Assembly: GCF_020745735.1 (NCBI RefSeq) | Contig: NC_083427.1 | Coordinates: 2,015,438 to 2,079,437, forward strand | DNA: 64,000 nucleotides | Direction of reading: 5' to 3' | Source of the DNA: Hemiscyllium ocellatum | Lineage: Eukaryota | Shown: positions 12,701-24,260 of the stretch, piece by piece | Position numbering within the stretch: the first letter of the stretch is position 1 | Layout: each line of letters starts with the position of its first letter | Translations under genes and position numbers: made by a program | Notes under the pieces: generated by a model | Told to the model about the DNA's origin: nothing | What the model saw: the letters and a program-made list of their open reading frames with translations, nothing else | Databases searched by the model: none

Positions 12701-13173
12701 CAGGTCCTGCACCCTAAAGCTGCAGTCGAGGTTCCCATGCCCCTTCAGAGTTAGTTTAAACCCCCCCGAAGAGCACTAGCAAACATCCCCCCAAGGATAC
12801 TGGTGCCCCTCAGGTTCAGGTGTAGATCACCCTGTTTATAGAGGTCCAACTTTCCCCAGAAAGAACCCCAGTTATCCAGATACCGGAATCCCTCCCTCCT
12901 GCACCATCCCTGTAGCCACGCATTTATCTGCTCTCTCTCTCTCCCTATTCCTCGACTGTCTATCTCGTGGCACGGGTAGCAAACCAGAGACAACAACTCT
13001 GTTTGTTCTAACTCTGAGCTTCCAACCTAGCTCCCTGAAAGCCTGCCTAACATTCTTATCCCTCTTCCTACCTATGTCGTGGACCAGGATTTCGGGCTGC
13101 TCCCCGTCCCCCTTAAGGACCCGGAAAACACGATCAGAGATGTCACGTACCCTTGCACCTGGGAGGCAACAGG
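9798..13173 (-). mobile_element. CR1 LINE, about 3.4 kb, 5'-truncated within ORF1, with frameshifted ORF2 (APE endonuclease + RT)
   Basis: Consecutive minus ORFs carry the ORF1 esterase part (12751-13170), EN (CVYFNARGIRNK...VVVMGDFNFPDIDW), RT (VDVVYMDFRKAFDK; [14 protein letters not shown]; KFADDTK) and the C-terminus. The (TTCTATG)n 3' tail is at 9798-9810. GTGAA occurs at both flanks (9793-9797, 13174-13178). Confidence 0.97.
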
Positions 13174-13373
13174 GTGAAGTGGGTGGTGAGGCACAGGTCC
13201 ACTAGCTTCATGATGTTTTCGTTGGTAATGTGATTGATTGTGGTTGGTTTCTCTTCTAAAAGTGTGGTAAGTGTTTCCTTTGCCAGGTTGATGTTGATGG
13301 AGGTGAGCAGTGCTGTTACGTCGAATGAGATAATTGCTTCGTCTTCCTCTATTTTGGTGTTTTTGGATCTCCA
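13174..13373 (-). mobile_element. Penelope RT segment in inverted orientation
   Basis: ORF 13143-13385 reads KNTKIEEDEAIISFDVTALLTSININLAKETL...MKLVDLCLTTHFT, including the PLE RT motif A (SFDV). Confidence 0.9.
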
Positions 13374-14560
13374 TGGGATCTCCACAATCAGGATTAATAG
13401 CAGAAGCAGTCATGCAAAGACTAGAACAAACAGCCCTACCAAACATCAAACCAAAAATCTGGGGCCGCTACGTAGATGACACATTTGTCATCCCAAAACA
13501 AAACAAGATAGAAGAGACATTTAACATCATCAACAACACCCTCACAGGCATAAAGTTCACCAAGAAGGAAGAAACCGACAACAAACTCGCATTCCTAGAC
13601 GTCGCAGTCGAAAGAAAGGGTAACGGAGAACTAAAAACCTGCGTATACAGAAAACCGACAAACACTGACCAAATACTTAATTATACCAGCAACTATCCCA
13701 ACACACACAAACGAAGCTGTATCAGAACACTATTCCAACGAGCCACCACACACTGCAGCACAGACCAACAACGCAAAACAGAGGAGAACCACCGACACAA
13801 AATATTCAAAAAGAACGGATACTCAAAAATACAGTGCACAGATTCCTCAAGAACAAACCACGACAAGCAGACCAAACACAGCAAGAAACCCTAAACACTT
13901 TACCAAACATCAAAGAAATTTCAGAAGTGATAGCCAGACTACTAAGACCCCTCGGAACCCTAGTAGCACACAAACCCACCATCACTCTCAAACAAAAACT
14001 AACAAACTTAAAAGACCCAATCCATCCCATGGACAAAAGCAACGTCATCTTCAAAATTTCATGCAACGACTCCCACAAACTCTACACAGGACAAACAGGA
14101 AGAACGTTAGCCACCAGGAATCAAGAACACCAGCTAGCCACAAAAAGACACGATCCTCTTTCCCTCGTAGCCCTACACACGGATGAAAAAAAGCCACCAT
14201 TTCAACTGGGACAACGCATGTATTCTGGGACAGACTAAGCAAAGTCATGCCAGAGAATTCCTAGAGGCCTGGCACTCCAACCACAACGTCATAAACAAAC
14301 ACATAGATCTAGATGCCATCTATCAACCACTCAGAAAACGAACATGGAATGACATCATCACAAACCCCAGGAACCCCATCCAGGAGAAAGATATAAATGG
14401 AAAGCAGGAGGCAACAGCTTCGCTTCGCTTGGAGGTCGTCCCTCATGGTGTTACCTAGCTAGGTAATGAAACGTCTGGATATCAAACCTACTGCTCAGCG
14501 AGCAAACCTACACCCTAAATATCAACCTTAGCTACATACCTTCACAAACCTTGCAACAAA
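13374..14560 (+). mobile_element. Penelope-like element (RT C-terminal half + GIY-YIG endonuclease + 3' end), disrupted
   Basis: MGSPQSGLIAEAVMQRLE..GRYVDDTF..LAFLDV (13334-13894); KSNVIFKISCNDSHKLYTGQTGRTL (GIY-YIG-like, 13834-14238); AREFLEAWHS. A degenerate hammerhead-like tail gttacc-tagcta-ggtaat-gaaacgtc lies at about 14449-14475. Confidence 0.93.
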
Positions 14561-14599
14561 ACTCTGAATAATTAATTTGAATTTATTTCAATGTTAGGC

Positions 14600-16145
14600 G
14601 TCTTACAGGTAAGGATGGTGATTTGCAACATTGGTTTGGGACGTCTTATGACAAAATTTTGGGCGATGTATGGACACGTCTGACAGCTCTATGTTTTGGT
14701 TTTCAGATTGCAGATATTGATTGGAGTAGAGTGTTCAATGGTGATGGGACGTCTGATAAATGGAAATCATCAAAAAATGTGATGGCGAGAGTCCAGAGTC
14801 ATTATTCTCCAATTAGAGTGAAATATAACGTCGTAGAATGGGAACACATTGAATGTAAAACATATTGAGGCCATAATAACAAAACCACAAATCTAATACA
14901 AACAGCCGTGTTCTAATGAACCTTTTGTACAGTGTAAAGATTGACGCGCCATTCTCAGGTGGTGATCAGGAAGGCAAATAGAAGATATGAGATACCCTGA
15001 TAAAGTAAGATTAAGGGTAATCCAAAGGTATTCTGTAAGTACATAACGATCAAAAGAACAGCTCGACTGAAAGTAAAGCTCATTAAACATTAACGATGTC
15101 TTTTTTGTGTGGAACTTCAGGAGATGGGACAGATATGAAATGAGGGTTAGTCATCAGGTTTTCCCGTGGACGAAAACAATGGAGCCTCGAAAACACAACA
15201 AAATAATATTTAACAAAACAGAAGAGAAAATCTTGGACGTCTTTGATAATTTCAAATTGAATAAATCTTCTGGACTTAAGCTATTGTATCCAGGGACTTT
15301 GCGGTTAATAAGGCAGCAAACGGGGGGGACCCTTGCAGAAATATTTGTGTTGCCCATAAATACAATCCAGTTACCGAATGACTGGAGAGTACAAAATGTT
15401 TTGCCTTTTCAAAATAAGGGATTTCAGGCGAAACCTGTGAATCATACATATCCAGGTCTGTCAGTTAGCTTTCAGGTGCATAATTCTTTAAGTTTGCATC
15501 ACATATAGATAGGGTTGCCAAGAAGACGTTTGTCATGTTTGTCTTCATTGCTCAGACATTTGTGTACAAGAGTCGGGACATTTCGTTAAGAATACTAGGA
15601 CATTGGTGAGGTTTCACCTGGATAAATGTGTCCAGTTCCGATCTCCCTGCAGAAGAAATGATAGCAATATGCTGTAGATGGTTCAAAAGAGATAAATAAG
15701 ACGTTGCCTGGAATGCATAGTTTGCGTTGGAAGAAGAGGCAGGATGGGCTGGGGTCTTTTTTCTTCCCCCAAGAGCTTGAAAGATACAATTAAAGAGGTG
15801 TATAAAAACATGAGGTATATGGATACGTTTAACAGCAGATGTATTTTCTCTTCTGTGTTGGATTTCCAGACTAGAGGACATAATTTTAAGTTGAGAAGTT
15901 AAAGGTCCTAAAAAGATATGAAAAAAAATCATTTACACGAAGACTTGTTCACGTGTGATGAAAATCAAGAGGAAGTGATGAATGATGTTTCTGAGGCTTC
16001 AGATACGTGTACGAACAAGAAATGTTTGGAGGGATATGGGTCACGCACAGGTAAGTAGACTCGTTCAAACTGGGATCATGTTTTTGTGGACTGATTGGAA
16101 TGAAGGGTCTGTTTCCATGCTGTCTGACTCTCTGACTCTACGACT
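14600..16145 (+). mobile_element. Internally deleted, decayed CR1 LINE
   Basis: FKLNKSSGLKLLYPGTLR...LPNDWRVQNVLPF (15107-15508), degenerate RT C-terminus, and a 3' tail ...ctctgactctacgactctgactcta near 16130. Confidence 0.8.
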
Positions 16146-19059
16146 CTGACTCTACTAATAGAAATGTACTGGGAAGCTACAAACGCAATATTGCAATCTG
16201 AGCAAAATTTTCTAAATTTAGACTTCTCATTCTATTCTTTGTATGTCAGCCCAAATGACCCGAAAACAGCTTATTGATTATTTGGTAGGTTTGCCGACTA
16301 GATGTTTTGGCTTGTATCCAAGTTCATCTTTTGTCTCGTTTTCTCCTTCATATTTTCTCGTCCTTTGTTTGAACAAAAAAATTCTGAATGTACTTTTTCT
16401 GATTTGCGGGGGTTCTTTCATGCCTTCTGGTTTGGAACTACATCTGCCAAGTTTTAAAAACTGCAGCTTTCTTTCTCTGCACCTTGTTTGAAAGCACTCG
16501 TTTCCTTTTGTAAACTTGTTGTAACAACCAAGAAGACCATAAGTTAGATAATTACGCCAACACAAAAAATATCCTGTATGTAGAATCTGAACCCATCAAC
16601 TATACACAGCCTACTTACGAGTGTGAAAAATGTGCTGCTTTCTCGAAAATTCAACTTCATCCACCGATGCATCGCCATTCAAAAATAACGGATAGCTACA
16701 CTCTTGTCATATTCCTGGGTAATCACCAAAGACATGGGGGTATGATATCCTCCCTTCTTTGCAGGGAATCTATCCTTGTACATTGATATATCATATCCCA
16801 CGCAAGTCAAAAATGATTCACATTCATAGCTCAATCGATTGTGAAGAAATGTGAACGAAATCATGACAGTTTATGAAGTTCTGAAAATTTGCAAACACGA
16901 GTTGCTAATCTTGGATTGTATCTCAATCAACTTTTTTAAAAAAATGAAAGGTCAAAATCATTTCTCACTGTTCAACTTTCATGCAATCGCTTGAAATTTC
17001 ATATTTCAGGATCTGGCCTGTCCAGTGGGTAATAAAATGCGGCAGGACAATTTTTTTTTTTCTTTTCAGCAAGACTCAAACTTTTGCTTAAAATTTGCTA
17101 GTCTAACTTTTGTGTTCACCTAAAAACGCAACACTTCGACCAATCTGAAAAATTAGCATGTCCTCCTTTTTTATGGTCAGTGTATTATTTTCCCACTGGG
17201 AATGGTTATTTTTATTGACCTTTTTCCTTGAAAAATCCACCTTTCTATAAGAAAGCTATTTCATAAAGCCAATTCAGAGAACGCCACTCTCCGTTCCCTT
17301 CATGAGCTTCCTGTATTACTTCATCAAAATGAAATCAAGAATAGTTTCTCAAGCATTGTCTGCCTTTTGCAAAGCTGAATTGCCATTTGCACTTAAAGCT
17401 AATCTACGGTATGTTTGTTTTATTTCCTCCAATTATTGGTTTGAAGTATTTTTGCACCACTGATAATCAACGATGAGCCTGACGTTGTGACGAAGTTTCC
17501 CTTTCATTTGTCAACCTGCCAGTTTCTTGTCTTCTAACTAATTCTGTAATTCTCCGTTCCACAATTATTTCAATTTTGCACCAACGCATTTTCGCTACTA
17601 CTTGCATTTCTACAATTTCATTCTCAGTGGGTCCATTTCCTTTGCAGATATCTAACAATATAAAGGTTAAAGGCATGACAGTGCATCTGGAAACATATGC
17701 CATCTATGTATCAGGTCTTACGTCATCTACATAAATGGCCTTTCACCATTAGGAGCTGATTGTCATCTGGATGAGTTTCTTTTAAAAATATCATTCAGGT
17801 TGACCTACTTTCCATACAGATTTGTTTTGATGCATCGAGGCCATCTTGAAATAGGTCACTTGAAATGCAGTATAAAATCCCACATTCTTTTCCTCCTAAG
17901 TGCAACAATACTACAGATTTAACAGGTGCATTTTTCCCCTTTTTTCTGTGAAGCAAGGTTGAGATCAGAGTTGCCTTCTGTCTGTTTCAAAGTCTATAAG
18001 GTTATCAGCTTGTGAAACCTTAAGGTTATATTTAATAAAGCTTTGAACAATAAAAGCAGCCTAAATATTTTTTCGACAAGCTTCCACAGAAACAGGATTT
18101 TCTTGTTTGAGATTTTCAGGAGAAATTCTTGCTTGGTTCTTGAAGCTGGGTTTGGAACCTTCAGGACATCTCACCCTGCTACTCTTCCTTTCAGACCTTT
18201 TCTTGATGTTTACCTTCCTGAAATGGAGAATTGCCCGCGAGAAATTCGATTGCTGTGTACTCGGCTGAGCCAAGGACTTGGGTTTTGGACGCTCTGATAT
18301 TGTCCTGTTAATTATCAATATTTAATATATTTCTTGCTGTGTTAAAACCCTCGATAGGGTCACAGTTAAGCCAATTATTGATTTTACTTTTATTTTATTT
18401 GCAATTTAACGGTACTGTAAAACTCATCATCTTTTAGCTGGACCAGTTGAATTTTATATAGAACGCAACGTTTGGAACATTCCTTTAAAACGAGAAAAAA
18501 ATCCACCACTTGACTATCCACTCCATATATATTTGAGAGTGTTTGGTTTGGTCCATAACACATTCGGGGCTTCTGTCGGGATCAATATTTCAAATGCCAG
18601 ATTCCGTTAAGGATGACTGAAAGATAATGAGTTTTGTGTGTTGGTATCTTTCATTTGAGGCGTTGCTTTCGGTTGGTATAAATAGGCCTTGTGTAATTAT
18701 TGCTCTTTCAGTCGCTAAGTGTTTCCCAGGGTCGAGGAGGTTCACTTACAGTGTTTTACATAAAGTGAGCGAGGCAAAGCTTTCACAATTGGCAAACGAC
18801 TTGGAATTGCGTTTGGCAGTGTCTGTGGGGAAAGGGGAGATGACTAGGACAAACACGCAACAATTATAATTTCCAGAGAATACGACTGGAATCTTTAGAA
18901 ATGGCAACTATTCAATTGTAAATGTCGCAACCTGAAACAGAACCAAAGGAAAATGAACGAATAACACTGGCAAAAGAAATAAATAAAATGAAATGAAATG
19001 AATAATTTCAATTGCAATTTAAAGCAAATGAAAATTAAAGCGAAATGGAGGCCCTAACA

Positions 19060-19160
19060 CAAGAAAGGTAGAGAGAGAATAAGAGACAGACAGACAGACA
19101 GAGACAGAGACCGAGACAGGATCAGAGAGAGAGGGGAAATGAAGAGTAAAAGAGAAGAAA
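19060..19160. repeat. GA/GACA-rich simple repeat
   Basis: agagagagaat aagagacagacagacagacagagacagagaccgagacagg... Confidence 0.85.
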
Positions 19161-20177
19161 GAGAGAAACAATATTTTTAAATACTGTTTTCCTAAGTCTA
19201 ACCTCAAAATGACTTAAAATGGCGAACGTAGAGAAATATAGGAAAACTAATGAAGTCAAGGTTATTGGGAGTTTTCTCTGCTCTCGTTGAAGTAGACAGT
19301 ATTAAGGTTTTTGGGTTTGAGTGCGTATTTTTTATCGAATATTCGTACCCTATTTTATGAGTGTGGTTGATTCACTGACTTGCTTATTGAATAATTGCAG
19401 AAAATTTGAATGGATGGAGGATTTTCAAAGGCATTGACAGCTTGAAAGCTGCGTTAAATTCTGCTCCAGTTTAAGTGAGGACATTAACATTTGGTATCAA
19501 TACAAATAATATGGCCGTCGGTGCTGTATCCTTGCAAGGTCACAATGCAGAAAAAAAAACAATTCATTGAGAATTTTTCCAGAGAATTGAAAAGTCATGA
19601 ACAGAAATATGCCAGGACTGAGAAGGGAGAGCTTCAGCTTTGTAATTTTTTTTCGAAATGCATATTGGCAATAATATTTCTGAGACAAATGTACGGTGCA
19701 GAATGTAACCACTAAAGGTTTATGGAGAATTTAAGCACAAAAATAACAGATTGTTTCGGAGGAACTTATTATTGCAGCCATGCATTTCAAAAACTACCCT
19801 CGTGGCAGGACGAGAGAACATAATTGCTGACACATTGTTGCGACTCTGATGACTACAGATGTATATGAGAATAAAAACTATTAAATAAACATTAGCACTG
19901 AAAGTGTGATGATGATTGGCTTAGATTTAATGCAATGTATGTGAAATGTGTGACCTAATAATGTAAGACTTAAGCGTTTCAGAAGATGAAGGCATCATTT
20001 TGTATTCATATTTCATTTTGTAAGGGAGGTAGGTGCGATGTCACCACGATGTTAAGAAGTGTGTTTGGTCGTGCTTTCTTTTAGATACTGACCTCCGGAG
20101 ACGTGACGAGCAGTCTATGCGAGATAAACAACTTTTGAAGCTTTGAGTTTTTTTTATTGACGTTGGCACAATAGACT

Positions 20178-22851
20178 GCCCTTCATCAGGAATAAGAGAG
20201 AGAGAGCCAAGCAGGCTGAGATAAAAGGTAGGGAGGAGGGACTAGGGGGAGGGGCGATGGAGGTGGGATAGGTGGAAGGAGGTCAAGGTGAGGGTGATAG
20301 GCCGGAGTGGGGTGGGGGCGGAGAGGTCAGGAAGAGGATTGCAGGTTAGGAGGGCGGTGCTGAGTTGAGGTCAGTCCTCAGCAGGGGCCTCACCTTCGTT
20401 CCCCTACGCCCTCGGATTAATGAGTTCAACACGCGGCGAGATATTGAACAATTCTTCCGCCGCCTTCGCCTCCGTGCCTACTTTCACAACCAAGACTCCC
20501 GCCCACCCTCTGACGACCCCTTCTCCCGCCTCCAAGACACCCCATCCACCTGGACACCCCGTGCAGGCCTCCTACCCGCCCTCGACCTCTTTATAGCCAA
20601 CTGCCGCCGTGACATCAACCGACTCAACCTGTCCACCCCTCTCACCCACTCCAACCTCTCACCCTCAGAACGTGCAGCCCTCCACTCCCTCCGCTCCAAT
20701 CCCAACCTCACCATGAAACCCGCAGACAAGGGAGGCGCGGTGGTAGTTTGGCGCACTGACCTGTACACCGCTGCAGCCAAACGCCAGCTCGCGGACGCCT
20801 CCTCTTATCGCCCCCTTGACCACGACCCCACCTCCCACCACCAAACCATCATCTCCCAGACCATCCAGGACCTCATCACCTCAGGGGATCTCCCATCCAC
20901 CGCCTCCAACCTCATAGTCCCACAACCCCGCATCGCCCGTTTCTACCTCCTGCCCAAAATCCACAAACCTGCCTGCCCCGGCCGACCCATTGTCTCAGCC
21001 TGCTCCTGCCCCACCGAACTCATCTCCCAATACCTCGACACGGTCCTGTCCCCTTTAGTCCAAGAACTCCCCACCTACGTTCGGGACACCACCCACGCCC
21101 TCCACCTCCTCCAGGATTTTCGCTTCCCCGGTCCCCAACGCCTTATTTTCACTATGGACATCCAGTCCCTGTACACCTCCATCCCCCATCACGAAGGACT
21201 CAAAGCCCTCCGCTTCTTCCTTTCCCGCCGCACCAACCAGTACCCTTCCACTGACACCCTCCTTCGACTGACTGAACTGGTCCTCACCCTGAATAACTTC
21301 TCTTTTCAATCCTCCCACTTCCTCCAAACTAAAGGAGTTGCCATGGGCACCCGCATGGGCCCCAGCTATGCCTGCCTCTTCGTAGGATATGTGGAACAAT
21401 CCATCTTCCGCAACTACACTGGCACCACCCCCCACCTTTTCCTCCGCTACATCGATGACTGTATCGGCGCTGCCTCGTGCTCCCACGAGGAGGTTGAACA
21501 GTTCATCAACTTTACTAACACCTTCCATCCCGACCTGAAATTCACCTGGACTGTCTCAGACTCCTCCCTCCCCTTCCTAGACCTTTCCATTTCTATCTCG
21601 GGCGACCGACTCAACACAGACATCTATTATAAACCGACTGACTCCCACAGCTACCTGGACTACACCTCCTCCCACCCTGAACCCTGTAAAAACGCCATCC
21701 CATATTCCCAATTCCTTCGTCTCCGCCGCATCTGCTCCCAGGAGGACCAATTCCAACACCGCACAGCCCAGATGGCCTCCTTCTTCAAGGACCGCAGATT
21801 CCCCCCAGACGTGATCGACGATGCCCTCCACCGCATCTCCTCCACTTCCCGCTCCTCCGCCCTTGAGCCCCGCTCCTCCAACCGCCACCAAGACAGAACC
21901 CCACTGGTTCTCACCTACCACCCCACCAACCTGCGCATACAACGTATTATCCGCCTCCATTTCCGCCACCTCCAAACGGACCCCACCACCAAGGATATAT
22001 TTCCCTCCCCTCCCCTATCAGCGTTCCGCAAGGACCACTCCCTTCGTGACTCCCTTGTCAGATCCACACCCCCCACCAACCCAACCTCCACCCCCGGCAC
22101 CTTCCCCTGCAACCGCAGGAAATGTAAAACTTGCGCCCACACCTCCACACTCACTTCCCTCCAAGGCCCCAAGGGATCCTTCCATATCCGCCACAAGTTC
22201 ACCTGAACCTCCACACACATCATCTATTGCATCCGCTGCACCCGATGTGGCCTCCTCTATATTGGTGAGACAGGCCGCTTACTTGCGGAACGCTTCAGAG
22301 AACACCTCTGGGCCGCCCGAACCAACCAACCCAATCACCCCGTGGCTCAACACTTTAACTTCCCCTCCCACTCCACCGAGGACATGCAGGTCCTTGGACT
22401 CCTCCACCGGCAGAACACAACTGCACGACGGCTGGAGGAGGAGCGCCTCATCTTCCGCCTGGGAACCCTCCAACCACAAGGTATGAATTCAGATTTCTCC
22501 AGCTTCCTCATTTCCCCTCCCTCCACCTTGTCTCAGTCGGTTCCCTCAACTCAGCACCGCCCTCCTAACCTGCAATCCTCTTCCTGACCTCTCCGCCCCC
22601 ACCCCACTCCGGCCTATCACCCTCACCTTGACCTCCTTCCACCTATCCCACCTCCATCGCCCCTCCCCCTAGTCCCTCCTCCCTACCTTTTATCTCAGCC
22701 TGCTTGGCTCTCTCTCTCTTATTCCTGATGAAGGGCTTATGCTCGAAACGTCGAATTCTCTATTCCTGAGATGCTGCCTAACCTGCTGTGCTTTGACCAG
22801 CAACGCATTTGCAGCTGTGATCTCCAGCATCTGCAGACCTCATTTTTTACT
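20178..22851 (+). mobile_element. Young Penelope-like element (RT + GIY-YIG) with inverted 5' arm and 15-bp TSD
   Basis: 613-aa ORF 20365-22206 has PLE RT motifs (FTMDIQSLYT, GVAMGTRMGP, LRYIDD). After one TGA (22204-22206) the same frame continues IIYCIRCTRCGLLYIGETGR (GIY-YIG). 20178-20370 is the reverse complement of 22544-22736. CGTTGGCACAATAGA is duplicated at 20161-20175 and 22852-22866. Confidence 0.97.
22721..22756 (+). ncRNA. Minimal type I hammerhead ribozyme in the Penelope 3' pseudo-LTR
   Basis: ATTC-CTGATGA-A-GGGC-TTAT-GCTC-GAA-ACGT-C-GAAT. Stem I is ATTC/GAAT, the core CUGAUGA is at 22725-22731, and stem II is GGGC/GCUC. GAAA is at 22745-22748, stem III is the palindrome ACGU, and the GUC triplet ends at 22752. 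Confidence 0.8.
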
Positions 22852-23539
22852 CGTTGGCACAATAGAAACAGGCGAGAATGACTTGGTCAAGCTTGAGCAG
22901 ACCAGGATTTTTAAGTTCCAGTTTTGAGTTTCAACAGCTGCTGCTGGTGTCTCAGCAGGATTGAAGCTGCAGCAAATCTCTCCCTGTCGCTAGAGACTTT
23001 TAGAAATTTCTTTTCTGACACTTTCCTCTTGGGCTACTGAAGTTGCAAGTAAAACAATTTGTGTTCTGAATTTGTATTTTTTCAGGGGTGTGTTAATGGA
23101 AAAGTCAGTCAGTAATATTTACTATATCTATAATTCTATTTTTTTATTGAGCAGTTATATTGCAATTCCACCTTTATGTTTTGCTGCAATTTAACGACAG
23201 TGGATGAATAAAGTGTATGTTGGGTTTTATTTTGGGTAGTTCGACCAATCAAATTGTCTCTGGAATGCAACAGGCTACATTTATCTTGAAAATGAAAAAA
23301 AACAAGTAAACTAATCAAACTTTAAATTTACTTATCCCTTTGAACTGCACTTGTTGCATAGCCTCCTGTACCGTGGCACATTAATTATTGAACCAGATGC
23401 ATCTTAAATGTTATGAGACCGACCCCACGATTTTCTCAGGCAGCATTTTCGATATTTGCACAGCGCCTGTATCAAAGTAATTTTCCTCAGACCAACTTTA
23501 AGCCACTTACTCCATACCGTGCACTTAAGCCATATGCTG

Positions 23540-24260
23540 TTATGGACGTGAATCGTAGGGGCAATAAAATCTCAAAATCTCCTCTTCTTCTGCATCTTAT
23601 AATTTTGTGCACATCAATCCTATTTCTCCCAACCCATCAGCCTCCTCCTGCAGTGAAAATAAACCTCGCTGTCCAGTCTTTACTTATTATTTATCATCTC
23701 AAATAACATGCTGGCGAATCTCGTCGACCTCCTCTCAACTCTCGTCCCATCATCCATGTGGTGTGGCAACCAGCATTGTACACAATATTCTCTCTGTAAT
23801 CTAATCTGCTTGGTTTCTAAAGTAGCAACAAGACTTATTTTTTCCACATTCTACGCCTTGGTTTTTGAGGACAAACATCCCATATGCCTCGTTTACCACT
23901 CCACCTCTGCAGGCAACGTCAAGTTTCTGTAGGCGTACGTAACAAGTTCCTGTTGTTCCTAAGTTTACCTAAGGTTGTACGATTCGTATTATGTGTCTTT
24001 CCATGATTAAATCTCCCAAGGTGCATCACTTCCTATTATATACAACTACATTCTATCTGCCCAATTGACCAGATGATCAATATCAGACACTGTTCAGAGA
24101 AAGAACTGCTCACTACCAGCAATATCACCAATTGTCGAGTAACCCAAAAACATGCTAAGTAGTGCTTCTGCATTCACGTTCAAGTCGTTAGTGTACATAT
24201 CAAACTGCAAAGGTCCCAGTATTGATACAGAATCCACATACAGATTATTGTAAATTTAAA
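23540..24260 (-). mobile_element. Decayed CR1 LINE RT/3' fragment
   Basis: Reverse complements of CR1 motifs are visible: gcattgtacacaatattc, ccaaggtgcatcacttc and gtgtacatatcaaactgcaaaggtcccagta (GPLQFDMYTNDL). Confidence 0.65.

Larger units (their letters stand above)
17948..23350 (+). mobile_element. Decayed, internally deleted Gypsy (Gmr1-like) LTR retrotransposon; 3' LTR interrupted by a Penelope element
   Basis: The 5' LTR-like segment ends ...ggtccataACA at 18560, followed by a degenerate PBS-Pro (tcggggcttctgtcgggat vs TGGGGGCTCGTCCGGGAT). Gag N-terminus KVSEAKLSQLANDLELRL is at about 18760. RNase H pieces IDSLKAALNSAPV, MAVGAVSLQ, FSRELKSHEQKYARTEK and KNNRLFRRNLLLQ...VAGRENIIADTLLRL* lie at about 19430-19848. 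A purine tract aagggaggtagg precedes TGTCACC at 20039 (3' LTR start), and AATAAA is at about 23207. Outer ends are approximate. Confidence 0.75.

Noticed and set aside
16280-17900. Faint transposase-like peptides (also at 41600-43300 and 43600-43950)
   Set aside because: Too decayed to assign by eye; needs a frameshift-aware HMM search.
20484-22486. Multiple long antisense and alternative-frame ORFs over the Penelope element
   Set aside because: These are expected shadows of the C-rich, GC-rich coding strand and contain no recognisable domains.
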